Origin: Eledone cirrhosa
Lineage: Eukaryota
Assembly (NCBI GenBank): GCA_964016885.1
Contig: OZ024759.1
Coordinates: forward strand, 28,892,001 to 28,956,000
DNA length: 64,000 nt
Direction of reading: 5' to 3'
A program made the translations under genes and the position numbers. The notes under the pieces were generated by a model, which was not told the DNA's origin, searched no databases, and was given only the letters and a program-made list of their open reading frames with translations. Positions 41,959-58,374 of this stretch are shown here, one piece after another (position 1 is the stretch's first letter; every line of letters starts with the position of its first letter).

Positions 41959-42627
41959 GCATACATACATATATAATTGTTTCTACTTTTGGCACAAGGC
42001 TATCAATTACCCAGTACATTACTGGTACTTTATTTTATCGACCCCGTAGGATGAAAGGCAAAGTTAACCTCGGCGGGATTTGAACTCAGAGCGCAAAGGG
42101 ACGTAACTATGCTGCAAAGCATGGCGTCCGACCCTCTACCGATACTGCCAATCCACCGAGACAGAGATAGAGATCGAGAGTACGAAAAAGAGGCAGAAAG
42201 AGAGAGAGAGGGGGCGGGGGTAGATAGAGAGAGAGAGATATTGATAGAGGGAGTTAGAGAGGGGGCAAGAAAAAGAGACGGACAGAAAGGCACACAGTGA
42301 GAGAGGGAGGAGTGCAGGGAGAGAGGGAGTGTCTGACAGAGAGAGGAATGCAGGGAGAGAGAGAGAGAGAGGGGGGGAAATGCAGGGAGAGAGAGAGAGG
42401 AGTGCGGAGAGAGAGGGAGTGTGTGACAAAGAGACAGACAGACAGACAGACAAGCAGGCAGGCAGACAGAGCAAGAGACTGGGAGCAGAGAGATAGAGAG
42501 ACAAACATAGAGTGAAAGAGAGAGAAACTGTTAGCTTGAAACATTTGTGAATCTCGTTAATTTTTCAGATGTGTTATCAATATATCCAGGTGGTAACATG
42601 ACCCATACACTCTACATCTAACATCCT

Positions 42628-42982
42628 GATATCCCGGCATGCTTAGTATCTAAACATCCGAACATAGCTTCCCGGCATGCCTCGCGCAACATCATACCAG
42701 CCTGCTTCCAAAAGACATCCCAGAAAGCGTTGCCCCAAGATATCCCGGCATGCTTAGTATCTCAACATCCCAACATAGCTTCCCGGCATGCCTCGCGCAA
42801 CCTTATACCAGCCTGCTTCCAAAAGACATCCCAGAAAGCGTTGCCCCAAGATATCCCGGCATGCTTAGTATCTCAACATCCCAACATAGCTTCCCGGCAT
42901 GCCTCGCGAAACCTCATACCAGCCTGCTTCCAAAAGACATCCCAGAATGCGTTGTTCCAAGATATCCCGTTGTTCCAAGATA
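42628..42982. repeat. 111-bp tandem repeat, 3 copies plus a partial copy
   Basis: gatatcccg recurs at 42628, 42739, 42850 and 42961. Confidence 0.92.
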
Positions 42983-43033
42983 TATTATATTATATATATA
43001 ATATAATATAATATAATATAATATATATATATA

Positions 43034-43094
<61 letters not shown>

Positions 43095-43402
43095 TTATAT
43101 ATATATATAATATAATATATATATATATATATAATATATATATAAGGGCGGTGGATTGACAGAGGGTCGGACGCCATGCTTTCCAGCATAGTTACGTCCC
43201 TTTACGATCTGAGTTCAAATCCCGCCGAGGTTGACTTTGCCTTTCATCCTTACGGGGTCGATAAAATAAAGTACCAGTAATACACTGGGTATTTGCTGGC
43301 CTTGTGCCTAAAGTAGAAACAATTATATATATATATATATTAATATATATATATATGATATATATATATATTATGTATATATTATATATATATATTATGT
43401 AT

Positions 43403-46400
43403 AGGTATTTCCGGCTATTTCCTGATATTTCCAGCTATTTCCGGTTATTTCCGGGTGTTTCCGTGTATTCCCGGCTAATTCCGTGTTTATCCAGATTTGC
43501 GGCTATTTACGGGTATTTCATGGTGTTTCCGGTTGTCTCCGGGTATTTCAGGTTATTTTCGGGAATTTACGGTTATTTCCGGGTATTTCCGGCTATTCCC
43601 GGGTGTTTCTGGGTATTTACGACTATTTCGGGCTATTTCCGTGTATTTCCGGGTATTTTCGGCTATTTCCGGGTATATACGGAACTAGCCGGAAAATCGA
43701 CGGAAGATAGACGGAAGATAGATGGAAAATAGACGAAACTAGCCGGAAATAGCCGGAAATACCCGGCAATAGCCGGAAATACCCGGAAATGATTGGAAAT
43801 AGCCGGAAATAGCTGGGAATAGCCGGAAATACCCTGGAATACCCGGGAATACCTTGAAAACACTTAGGTTAGAAGACACTTAGGTTAGAAGACAATTACG
43901 TTAGAAGACACTTACGTTAGAAAACACTTAGGTTAGAAGACACGACAAAAGTTCGTTGCAATGAGTTGTGAAATACTTGGACCTGAATGAAACCTGGATG
44001 TTGAGCATGTCCACCCAGCTTTGTTAATGGTTTCTAATTTAAATACAAGGCCAGAAATTTGGGAGAAAAGACAAGTCGATTTTCTCGAAAAACGACGGAA
44101 AATCGACGGAAAATAGACGGGAACTAAACGGAACTAGCCGGAAAATAGACGGAAGATAGACGGATATTCGACGGAAAACAGACGGAAAATCGACGGGAAC
44201 TAAACGGAACTAGACGCAAAATCGACGGAATCCCGACGTTAGAAGACACTTACGTTAGAAGACACTTACGTTAGAAAACACTTAGGTTAGAAGACACGAC
44301 AAAAGTTCGTTGAAATGAGTTGTGAAACACTTGGACCTGAATGAAGCCTGGATGTTGAGCATGTCCACCCAGCTTTATTAAGGGTTTCTAATTTAAATAC
44401 AAGGCCAGAAATTTGGGAGAAAAGACAAGTCGATTTTCTCGAAAATGGACGGAACATAGACGGGAACTAAACGGAACTAGCCGGAAAATAGAGGAAGATA
44501 GACGGATATTCGACGGAAAATAGACGGAAAATCGACAGAAAATCGAGGGGAACTAAACGGAACTAGACGCAAAATCGATGGAAACCCGACGGAAAATCAA
44601 CGGGAAATCGAAGGAAAATAAAGGGAAAATAGACAGGAAATCGACGTGAAATCGACGGAAAATAAACGCAACTAGTCGGAAAATAAACGCAACTAGCCGA
44701 AGATAGCCGGAGATAACCGGAAATACCCGGGAATATCCGGAAATACACGGAAATGACCTGAAATAGTCGGAAATGACCGAAAATTACCGGAAATTACCGG
44801 AAATACCCGAAAATTACCGGGAATACCCGGAAAAACCCGAAAATTACCGGAAATAACCGAAGATGCCCGGAAATTACCGGAAATACCCGAAAATTACCGG
44901 AAATACCCGAAAATTACCGGAAATACCCGAAAAGTACCGGAAACACCCGAAAATTACCGGAAATACCCGGAAATTGTCGGAAATACCCGGAAATTACCGG
45001 AAACACCCGGAAATTACCGGAAATACCCGAAAAGTACCGGAAACACCCGAAAATTACCGGAAATTGTCGGAAATACCCGGAAATTACCGGAAACACCCGG
45101 AAATTACCGGAAATACACGGAAATTACCGGAGATACCCGGAAATACCCGAAAATACCCGAAAATTACCGGAAATTACCGAAAATTACACAATAACCGAAA
45201 ATACCCGGGAATTACAGGGAATTATCAGAAATACCCGGAAATGACCGAAATACCCGAAAAAAAACGGAAATTACTAGAAATCACCGTAAATGGACGGAAA
45301 TACCCGGAAAAACACGGAATACCCGAAAATTACCGGAAATACCCGGGAATTACCGGAAACACCCGGAAATAACCGGGAATATCCGGAACTGATCGGAAAT
45401 GACCGGAAATACCCGGGAATAGGCGGAAATACCCGAGAATGATCGGAAATACCCGAAAATAGCCGGAAACACCCGAAGATAGCTAGGAATACCCGGATAT
45501 AACCGGAAACAACCGGGAATACCCGGATATAGCCGGAAATGACCCGAAACACCCGGAAATACCCGGAAATACTCGAAAATACCCGAAAATAACCGGAAAT
45601 ACCCGGAAATGACCGGAGACAGCCGGAAATACCCGGAAAACCCCGTAATGACCGGAAATACCCGGAAATGACCCGGAATACCCGGAGATAGCCGGAAATA
45701 ACCGGGAAACCCGGAAATACACGGGTATAGCTGGAAATGACCGGGAATAGCTGGAAATGACCGGAAATACTCGGAAATATCCGGAATCACCCGGAAATAG
45801 CCGGAAATTACCGGGACTAGCTGGAAATAGCCGGAAATAACCGGAAATATCCGAAAAGGACTGGAAATACACGGAAACACCCGGAAATACACGGTAATAC
45901 CCGGGAATAGTCAGAAATACCCGGAAATGCCCGGAAATACCTGGAAATGACCGGAAATAGCTAAAAATACCCGGAAATGGCCGGGAATAGCCGGAAATAC
46001 CCGAAAATAGTCGGAAATACCCTTAATGACCGGAAATAACGGGCAATAGCCGGAACTACGCGGGAATAGCTGGAAATATCCGGAAATACCCGGCAACAAC
46101 CGGATATACCCGGAAATAACCGAAAATACCCGGAAAAGCGACAGAAAATAGACGGGAACAAAACGGAACTAGACGGAAACCCGACGGAAAATAGACAGGA
46201 AATCGACGGAAAATAGACGCAACTAGTCGGAAATAGCTGGAAATAGCTGAAGATAGTCGGAGATAGCCGGACATACCCGGAAATACCGGTAATAACCGAA
46301 AATAGTCGGAAATAACCGGGAATAGCCGGAAATAACCGGAATTACCTGGAAACACTCGGAAATAACCGGAAATACCCGGAAACACCGGGAAATAACCGGA

Positions 46401-48153
46401 AATACCCGTAAATAGCCGGAAATACCCGGCAACAACCGGGAATAGCGGAAAATACCCGGAAACACACGGAAATAGCCTGATATAACCGGAAATGACCAGA
46501 AATACACGAGAATAGTCAGAAATACCCGGAAACACCCGGAAATAACCGGAAATAGCTGGAAACACCGGGAAATAACCGGAAATACCCGTAAATAGCCGGA
46601 AATACCCGGCAACAACCGGGTATAGCGGAAAATACCCGGAAACACCCGGAAATAGCCTGATATAACCGGAAATGACCAGAAATACCCCAGAATAGTCAGA
46701 AATACCCGGAAACAAACGGAAATAGCCGGAAATACTCGGAAATATCGGGAAACACCCGGAAATAACCAAAATAGCTGGAAATAGCCGGAAATACCCGATA
46801 CAACCGGAAATACCCTGAAATAAAGAAAATACCCGGAAATGGTCGGAAATAGCCGGAAATAACCGGCAATCACCGATAATGCCGGAAATATCCGGATATA
46901 CCCGGAAATAACCGGAAATACCCGGCAATACACAGAAATCTCCGGAAAACACCGGAAATACCCGGGGAAGACACTTAGGTTAGAAGACAATTACGTTAGA
47001 AAACACTTACGTTAGAAAACACTTAGGTTAGAAGACACGACAAAAGTTCGTTGCAATGAGTTGTGAAACACTTGGACCTGAATGAAACCTGGATGTTGAG
47101 CATGTCCACCTAGCTTTATTAAGGGTTTCTAATTTAAATACAAGGTCAGAAATTTGGGAGAAAAGACAAGTCGATTTTTTCGAAAAACGACGGAAAATAG
47201 ACGGAAAATAGACGGGAACTAAACAGAACTAGCCGGAAAATAGACGGAAGATAGACGGATATTCGACGGAAAATAGACGGAAAATCGACAGAAAATAGAG
47301 GGGAACTAAGCGGAACTCGACGGAAAATCGACTGAAAATTGACAGAAAATCGAAGGAAAATAAACGGAATATAGACAGGAAATCGACGTGAAATCGACGG
47401 AAAATAGACGCAACTAGTCAGAAATAGCTGGAAATAGCCGTAAATACCCAGAGATAACCGGAAATACCCGGTAATGGTCGTAAATAGTCGGAAATACCCG
47501 GGAATAGCCGGAAATACCCGGAAATGACCTGAAATATACGGAAATACCCGGGAATATACGAAAATACCCGGAAATAAACGGGACTAGACGGAAAATCGAC
47601 GGAAACCCGACGGAAAATAGACGGAAAATCGAAGGAAAATCTACGGAAAATAGACAGGAAATCGACGTGAAATCGACGGAAAATAGACGCAACTAGTCGG
47701 AAATGGCTGGAAATAGCCGAATATAGACGGAGATAGCCGGACATACACGGAAATACCCGGTAATAGCCGTAAATAGTCGGAAATACCCGGGAATAGCCGG
47801 AAATACCCGGAAATGACCTGAAATATATGGAAATACCCGGGAATAGACGAAAATACCCGGAAATAAACGGGACTAGACGGAAAATCGACGGAAACCCGAC
47901 GGAAAATAGACGGAAAATCGAAGGAAAATCTACGGAAAATAGACAGGAAATCGACGTGAAATCGACGGAAAATAGACGCAACTAGTCGGAAATGGCTGGA
48001 AATAGCCGAATATAGACGGAGATAGCCGGACATACACGGAAATACCCGGTAATAACCGAAATTAGTCGGAAATACCCTGGAATAGCCGGAAATAGCCGGA
48101 AATACCCCGGAAACACCCGGAAATAGCTGGAAATACCCGAAAATGACCGGAAA
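43403..48153. repeat. About 10-bp CCGGAAATA(C/A/G) / GACGGAAAAT satellite with higher-order blocks
   Basis: Hundreds of diverged 9-10-mers and a strand switch near 43676. Three interspersed gttagaagacactta arrays each carry a block of about 145 bp (43861-44087, 44237-44441, 46967-47182). Confidence 0.95.
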
Positions 48154-48231
48154 GATTTTATGAGATTTGGTAAATATTTCAGCTAAAGACACTGTGACAA
48201 TGTTGTTCTCAGACTACACGGCTATATATAT

Positions 48232-48288
<57 letters not shown>

Positions 48289-48592
48289 ATGTATATATAT
48301 ATATTTATATATATATATATTTATATATATATATATCTAAGTATATTGTATATACTTATACAATATATACATACGTACACAGACTGACATACATACATAC
48401 ATACATTCATAGATACAGAGAGGCAGATAGACATGCATACACACATACATACATATATACACACATACATACATATATACATACATGCATACATGCATAT
48501 ATACATACATATACACATACATATATACATACACATACACACACACACACATATATATATATATACATATATACACACACACACACACACAT

Positions 48593-48645
<53 letters not shown>

Positions 48646-48909
48646 ACTATTTTTAAACTAGAAATAAAATAGCCATAAACTAGCAATATAGTATTATTCT
48701 TCTGTTTCTGTACTAAATGACCTATACCCAAGACAGCGTACGCTCCACTCTGACGTCTTGTCTAAACCGGGTATACGGTTTCCGGATTGGTGGTTTTCAT
48801 GTGTAATTCAGTTAATTGCGCGCGTGTATGTTTGTGTGTTGTATGTACGTATCTGTGTGCGCGTACGTAAGTGTTTGGGTTTATATATATACATTATATA
48901 TATATATAC

Positions 48910-48988
<79 letters not shown>

Positions 48989-49043
48989 CATATATATATA
49001 CAAACATATATATATATATACAAACATATATATATATACAAAC

Positions 49044-49080
<37 letters not shown>

Positions 49081-49189
49081 CATATATATACATATACATA
49101 TATATACATATACATATATATACATATATATATATACATATATATATACATATACATATATATACATATACATATATATATACATATAC

Positions 49190-49224
<35 letters not shown>

Positions 49225-49288
49225 CATATATATACATATACATATATATACACACATATATATACATATACATATATATACACACATA

Positions 49289-49340
<52 letters not shown>

Positions 49341-49369
49341 CATATATATATACATATATATACATATAC

Positions 49370-49400
<31 letters not shown>

Positions 49401-49485
49401 CATATATATATACATATATATATATATATACATATATATATACAAACATATATATATACATATATATATATACATATACATATAC

Positions 49486-49523
<38 letters not shown>

Positions 49524-49583
49524 ATATATAGTAAAAAAAATGAAGAATAACATGGTCGGCTGTACAAAAAGGGTTTATTTACA

Positions 49584-49687
49584 GTATTAACAATTGTTTC
49601 ATTAATCAGGTGAGTCTAAAGGTCGCTGATCACTAGAAATGACGTCACTCGACCTTGATTATAGTATCTGGCTGACCAAATCATCAG

Positions 49688-49691
<4 letters not shown>
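49584..49691 (-). ncRNA. Hammerhead-like motif with long stem II
   Basis: The minus strand reads CTGATGA-t-ttggtcag...ctgattaa-t-GAAA-CAATTG-TT, with a poor stem I. A related island at 1700-1858 has GAAA-CAATTG-TC on the minus strand (1758-1769). Confidence 0.5.
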
Positions 49692-49752
<61 letters not shown>

Positions 49753-49893
49753 TTATTAAAATAACAGATTAAAGTTTAAGCAAAGAATCTGTTATTTTAA
49801 TAAATATTTGCTCTACGGTTCTTATATATTTGATATATATTTATCCTTATCGAACCCTCTTTGGATTTTAGTCTTCAAATTTATTATTATTAC

Positions 49894-49926
<33 letters not shown>

Positions 49927-49937
49927 TAGTATACACT

Positions 49938-50235
49938 GAGGATGAAAAACTCAGAGCTGTATGGGAGCATCCCAAAAGTCAGCTCAAAAGTGACACAGAG
50001 GAGACTGAGGTTGGCTGGACATGCTCACCGACATCCAGAGTTGACATTGCACTCAGTGCTCCTTTGGGAGCCCCTACATGGACACACTAGAAGAGGAAGA
50101 CCAAGGTTAACATATGTTGATGCCCTAAGGACAGACACTGGTCTGTTGGAGATGCAGGATATGGCAGCGATAATGAGGGACAGAGACCGCTGGAGAGAAC
50201 TCGTCCATGGATCTCGGGAATTTTACCCGCCTTAG
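49938..50235 (+). mobile_element. RTE/RTEX-like LINE 3' fragment
   Basis: ELYGSIPKVSSKVTQRRLRLAGHAHRH...LLWEPLHGHTRRGRPRLTYVDALRTDTGL...DRDRWR. Confidence 0.85.
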
Positions 50236-50856
50236 ATATATATTAGAAAATAAGGGTTTTTTTACAAAATGAAAAAAAAACGAGATGTCCTACAAGAGTG
50301 AAAATATAAGGAAAAAAGATGAAATCGAAAATGGAACTGGAGTCTTTTTGAAAAATATTTATTTGGTTCCTTTACAGATTTCGCAGTTCTTGTGCTTTTC
50401 AAAAGTAGAGTTGAGATGGAGGGTTTGTGGTATATATATATATATACGTGTGTATGTGTATTTAGTGAAGACGTGTGGCTGAGTGGTTAGAGAACTGGAT
50501 TCGCAATCTTGAGGTTGTGAGTTCGATTCCTGGACCGGGCGATGCGTTATGTCCTTGAGCAAGACACTTTATTTCACGTTGCTCCTTCTACCTGGAGTTG
50601 CGACCGATAGATAGTATTAGCAATTGGAAAGACCAATGGAAACACTGTTTCCTCGGTCCGATTTAACGAAAGTCGGTCGTTAGGAATGTGTATTTATATA
50701 TATATATATATGTGTCTGTATGTCTGTCTGTCTGTGTGTGTGTGTGTATGTCCATTTTTCATTCACTTCATACATTGAAAGACCTTAGTTCTGATTGATA
50801 GAGACTTGACAATCCATTGCTCCTCCAGTCTTTGAAGTTTTATTAAGAAGTTTTTT

Positions 50857-50924
<68 letters not shown>

Positions 50925-51473
50925 AACACAGATAGTTTTTACAAAGTCATGGCTTTTATGTATCAAAATTGCAAGTTTGCAGGTTTAATAAAATATATTA
51001 CACTTTTAAATATAAGATCTCTGCTCGCCCAATTGTGTTAAGGAACCGCAGATTTCACGGCCCTGTTCTAGCGATATTCACAATTGTTGCAGTCACTCAG
51101 ACTATGTCTGTGACCGATCAAGGGCTATCTTCCTTGCACCAGTAAGCGGAGACCCGTAAAAGGGTCACGGGCTCTGCGTGTCCTTTCTGATTAAGTGATA
51201 AAGAAAATATATAAAAATACCGCTAATCGTACCTAAACACACCCAAACGTACTTAAATGTATGGAAATGTACCCAATAACACTTAGCATCCTTTCTCTCT
51301 CTCCCTCTCTCTCTATCTATCTATCTCTCTCTCTCTCAATGAAGAATCCTTTAAAGAAGACTTCCCCTGTTTGTTTGCCAACATTACATTATATATATAT
51401 ATGGGGAGTGTATAACGAGTAACAGAAATACAGAGATTAATAGGTATGTGTTTGCGTGTGTGTGTGTGTGTCT

Positions 51474-51565
<92 letters not shown>

Positions 51566-51977
51566 ATAGATGCATATACAGAGATGACAGATAAATAGAT
51601 AATTAGATAGATGTATAGGTAGATAGACAGGCAGGTAGGTAGGTAGGTAGGTAGGTAGATAAATTTCTTTATTTGCCACAAGGGCGCACAAGAAAAGGGG
51701 ACAATACAAGGACATCTGGCGGGGATTTTACATACAATCGCGTAAGAAAAATTTTTAAACAAACAAATTCAACAACCGATATCCCCTATAGAGGGGAGGC
51801 GTTACAAATGGATAGATAGAGAGGTAGGTAGTTATAGATAGATAGATGGATAGATATAGTTATAGATAGATGGATAGATATGTTTCTTTATTAGCCACAG
51901 GGGCACAAAAGAAGGGGACAAATACAAAGGGGGAAGTTTACATACAATAAAAACGTGTAAAATGTTATCACAAATGC

Positions 51978-52060
<83 letters not shown>

Positions 52061-52397
52061 GATAGATTGATAGAGAGATGGACTAACACATAGTTCACGT
52101 ATATTATTCTACACTAATCTACACTAATCTACACTAATCTACAAAAGAGAGAGGGAGAAAGTTATTAGTTGAGAGTGATTCAATATAAAACTGTTAATAG
52201 TCTTTAACCAAATAATAATAATTGTTCCCTCTTTTGGCACAAGGCCAGCAATTACCCCCAGTGCATTACTGGTACTTTATTTTATCGACCCCGTAAGGAT
52301 GAAAGGCAAAGTTAACCTTGGCGGGTTTTGAACTCGAAGAGCAGCTATTTATGAAACACACAAACAAATACACTCCATATATAATATACATACATTT

Positions 52398-52472
<75 letters not shown>

Positions 52473-52624
52473 TAGATATTATATTATATATGTATATACA
52501 TATCTATATATACATACATACATTTATATATATATATATATATATATATTTTATATTTTATATATGTATATACATATCTATATCTCTCTATATATATATA
52601 TATTAGATATGTATATACATATAT

Positions 52625-52663
<39 letters not shown>

Positions 52664-52724
52664 AATTGTCTACACACATATCCCAATATATGTGTATGTT
52701 TATATATATATATGTATGTGTGTG

Positions 52725-52842
<118 letters not shown>

Positions 52843-53146
52843 CATATACACACATGCAAACAAGTATACACATAACCCAATATGTGTGTTTATATACATC
52901 TATCTATACAGAAGCGAGTGTATAACTGGGTTGTATATGACTGTCAAGACAAGAATTAATTGCCCTAAAATTCTACACTCTACAGCTAAATTTTATCTAC
53001 ACACACACACACACACATATATATATACATGTGTGTGTGTGTGCGTGTGTGCGTGTGTGTGTGTGTCTACAAACACAATCATATATATATATACATATAT
53101 GTGCACATGTATATGGGTATATAGATATACGTGTATATATATATAC

Positions 53147-53262
<116 letters not shown>

Positions 53263-53402
53263 ACAAGGTCTGTAATATCTCATGTAGGACTAAGTCAATC
53301 AGTGTTTATTTTGTTAAAAGTCCACAGACTCTCTGTAAATAGCTCCAGCTCCTATGTTGGCGAGAACTCTTCACGTATATAAATAAATACACCAATTTAG
53401 AC

Positions 53403-53555
<153 letters not shown>

Positions 53556-53795
53556 GCATATATATATATAATGCATATATATATATTTATGTACATATAT
53601 GCATATATATATGTAGCCATATATGTGGAAATGTATATATATATATATCCACATATATGGCTACATATATATATGTACATAAATATTTATGCATTATATA
53701 TATATATATATACATATATATATACATATATCTATATATATATATACATATATATATATACATATATCTATATATATACATATATATATATATAC

Positions 53796-53842
<47 letters not shown>

Positions 53843-54265
53843 TATACATATACATATATATACATATATATGTATATATATATATATATATATATACATA
53901 TATATATACATATATCTATATATATACATATATCTATATATACATACATATATATATATATACATATATATTTATACATACAGATATAAATATACATATA
54001 TATATATATATGTATGTATATATATATACATACATATATATATACATACATATATATATGTATGTATATATATATACATACATATATATATACATACATA
54101 TATATATATATACATACATATATATATACATACATATATATATATATACATACATATATGTATATATATATACATACATATATATATATACATACATATA
54201 TATATATACATACATATATGTATATATATATACATACATATATATATATACATACATATATATAT

Positions 54266-54324
<59 letters not shown>

Positions 54325-55003
54325 TATATTCTTGTCCATGAGTATATGCATATATACGGTGTATATATACCGTATCGCCATAAAATGATGCCGCAATATC
54401 TTCAGGCCAAAATGATTTCAGCTGTTGAGGACGTCATGTTGATGACAAAGGTGGCGGTGGTGGTGGTGGTGGTGGTGGTGGTGGTGGTGGTGGTGGTGGT
54501 GGATGTGGTGGTGGTGGTGGTGGTGGTGGTGGCGGTGGTGGTGGTGGTGGTGGAGGAGGAGGAGGAGAAGAAGAAGAAGAAGAAGAAGAAGAAGAAGAAG
54601 AAGAAGAAGAAGAAGAAGAAATATTTAATAAAAAACAACAACAGTAAAAAAGAACAAGGTAAGAGACGAAGCCTATTACAAGACGTTACAAATTTAACGC
54701 CCCCTGGCTGTGTAAAAAGGAAGAAAGAAAAAAAAATGAAAGACAAACAAGGCTGAAGAAAGCTAGATAAACAAAGCAATGTTCTGGAATAGTGGAATAG
54801 AGGAATGGTGTCTGTTAATGAGAAACAATTATATTCTATGTTGTGCAGTGTTTCGGTTTTGCAATGATCCATAGTCAGTTCACCATTTTAGAGTTCAACG
54901 GTTTATTGTTATTGGACTACATTAACGATATCTCTCTAGATATCTGTACTGAATATACTGAACAGCAATGGGTTCTACGTCTCTATATGTGTGTGTGTGT
55001 GTG

Positions 55004-55050
<47 letters not shown>

Positions 55051-55172
55051 AAAGTGAAAAACAAAAACAATAACAAGGAGTGCAGTTATGAACAGTGTTG
55101 GTATTAGGTTCCGAAGAGGTTGTTTTGGTAAAAACAGGAGCAAGCAGATATATATATATATATATATGCATA

Positions 55173-55261
<89 letters not shown>

Positions 55262-55805
55262 ACATATACACATGTATATATATAGAGAGAGAAGACGATC
55301 GACTTTTTTGTCAAATCGGACCGAGGGAACAATGTTTCCGTTGGTCTTTCCAATTGCTAATACTATCTATCGGTCGCAACTCCAGGTAGAAGGAGCAACG
55401 TGAAATAAAGTGTCTTGCTCAAGGACATAACGCATCGCCTGGTCCAGGAATTGAACTCACAACCTTACGATTGCGAATACAATTCTCTAACCACTCAGCC
55501 ACACGCCTTCACTATATATACAAGTGGAAGCTTAGTAAAATCGAAGCTTTGGCTGTGGGCAAGCAAAGTCAACCTACAATAGGAATGAGTTAGCAAAGGA
55601 CTCAATAAGAGTAGGTCCTTAGAGTAATAACTGTTTCTACTTTAGGCACAAGGCCAGCAATTACCCAGTGCATTACTGGTACTTTATTTTATCGACCCCG
55701 TAAGGATGAAAGGCAAAGTCAACACGTTTAAATAGCTTAACAAATTGAACATTGTGGTAGGCAAAACCTAACACATAATACCAAAGTAACGAAAAAACTA
55801 ACAGG

Positions 55806-55851
<46 letters not shown>

Positions 55852-55934
55852 GTATGTGCATTCATATATATATGCATACATATACTCATATATATACCTA
55901 TATACATATATTATATATATACATATATCATATT

Positions 55935-55995
<61 letters not shown>

Positions 55996-56092
55996 ATTTG
56001 CATATCTATATAGGGCTTACCTGAGGTATTTTCGGCTCAACGTTTATTGACACACTCTCACACACACATATATATACACACATATACGTATG

Positions 56093-56174
<82 letters not shown>

Positions 56175-56954
56175 AATATGTTTGTGCATATGCACGCGTG
56201 TGTCTATATGTGTACGTTAAGTTGAAAATTGAAATTTGAATATATTTATCTTAGTTCAGACGTCAATCTCATATCGCCATTATTTCTGACAGATTTGTGG
56301 TTCTTGTAAAGAAATTGTTTATCCTTGTTTGTTTATTTGTCTAAGTGAGTATCTCTAAACATACGCACAAACACACCAATAATGATAAGTCAACGTTACA
56401 TCGAGATTTTATTAGTTGTCTGAATATAAACATTATAAAATACGTCATACCACATTCATTTATTTATGAATATTTACTGAACACTCATCTACCCACACAC
56501 TTCTTACCTGTCCACCCACGCAACTCACCTGTCCAACAACACTCGCAATATTGCTAAAGATTATATAACTGACTGTACAAGAGCAGCCAATTTCAGTTGA
56601 GGTGAGGGGAAATTAATTAATTTGAACCAAGTATTTAACAGGTATTGTATTTTATAAAATCCGGAAGGATGCAAGACATAATTCAAATGATGGTGATATA
56701 TGTGCGCATGTGTGAGATATATATTCCTCGTAGTGGACGATGGCAACTTCCATTTAAGTCTTTTTCTAAGCTATTTTATAGCATCTTTCTACCTGGAGTT
56801 GCGACCGATAGATAGTATTAGCAATTGGAAAGACCAATGGAAACATTGTTTCCTCGGTCCGATTTGACTAAAGTCGATCGATCCTTTATAGCATCTCTGC
56901 GCATGACCACACCACTCTTTATATTATATATATATATATATATATATAGGGTGC

Positions 56955-57028
<74 letters not shown>

Positions 57029-57085
57029 TTATATATATACACATATATATATATATTTATATATATACATATATATATATATATT

Positions 57086-57138
<53 letters not shown>

Positions 57139-57179
57139 ATATATATATTTATATATATACACATATATATATATATATT

Positions 57180-57212
<33 letters not shown>

Positions 57213-57257
57213 GTGTATATATATATTTATATATATACACATATATATATATATATT

Positions 57258-57301
<44 letters not shown>

Positions 57302-57552
57302 CATATATATATATATGTGTGTATATATATATTTATATATATACATATATATATATATATATTTATATATATGTGTATATATATATTTATATATATACAT
57401 ATATATATATTTATATATATGTGTATATATATATTTATATATATACATATATATATATTTATATATATGTGTATATATATATTTATATATATATACATAT
57501 ATATATATATATTTATATATATACATATATATATATATATTTATATATATAC

Positions 57553-57596
<44 letters not shown>

Positions 57597-57716
57597 TTAT
57601 ATATATACATATATATATATATATTTATATATATACATACATATATATATATTTATATATATACATACATATATATATATTTATATATATACACACATAT
57701 TTATATATTTATATAT

Positions 57717-57849
<133 letters not shown>

Positions 57850-57943
57850 CATAGTACATTCAGCTTGCTACACAAAAGGTGTTGCTTTATTCACGTCAGT
57901 TGTTCCCTGCCATAGATGCTAAAGAATTCCTAGTGTATATGTG

Positions 57944-57982
<39 letters not shown>

Positions 57983-58056
57983 ATATGTATATACATATAT
58001 ATATATATACATGTATGTTTGTGTGAGTGTGTATATACATGCATATGTATATATAT

Positions 58057-58137
<81 letters not shown>

Positions 58138-58374
58138 CACACACAGAATTCCAACAGCAATGAGTGTTTGCCGTCTGGCAACCATTTTGATGTCGAAATA
58201 ACACGAGACATTCCGGAAGTGAGTTTCAAGAGAGATTTTAATGTAACGGAAGTTACATTAAAATCTGGACCTACTAATCAACATTACATTGATTTAGTGT
58301 TGGGGGCTTGTGGCGGTGACGTTAGTGATTGTGGTGTCGGTGGTGGTTACCGTCTTCGTGTTGGTTGTAGTAGT

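Noticed and set aside
42628-42982. 111-bp repeat as a coding repeat or CRISPR array
   Set aside because: The units are nearly identical with no unique spacers, there are no cas genes, and the context is eukaryotic. The in-frame period alone is not evidence of coding.
44863-48192. ISGYFRVFP / PEITGNTRK repeat ORFs
   Set aside because: They are products of the 10-bp satellite, in all frames.
50466-50540. tRNA gene
   Set aside because: The tRNA-like head continues into a repeated SINE body and lacks a proper acceptor stem, so it is a SINE.
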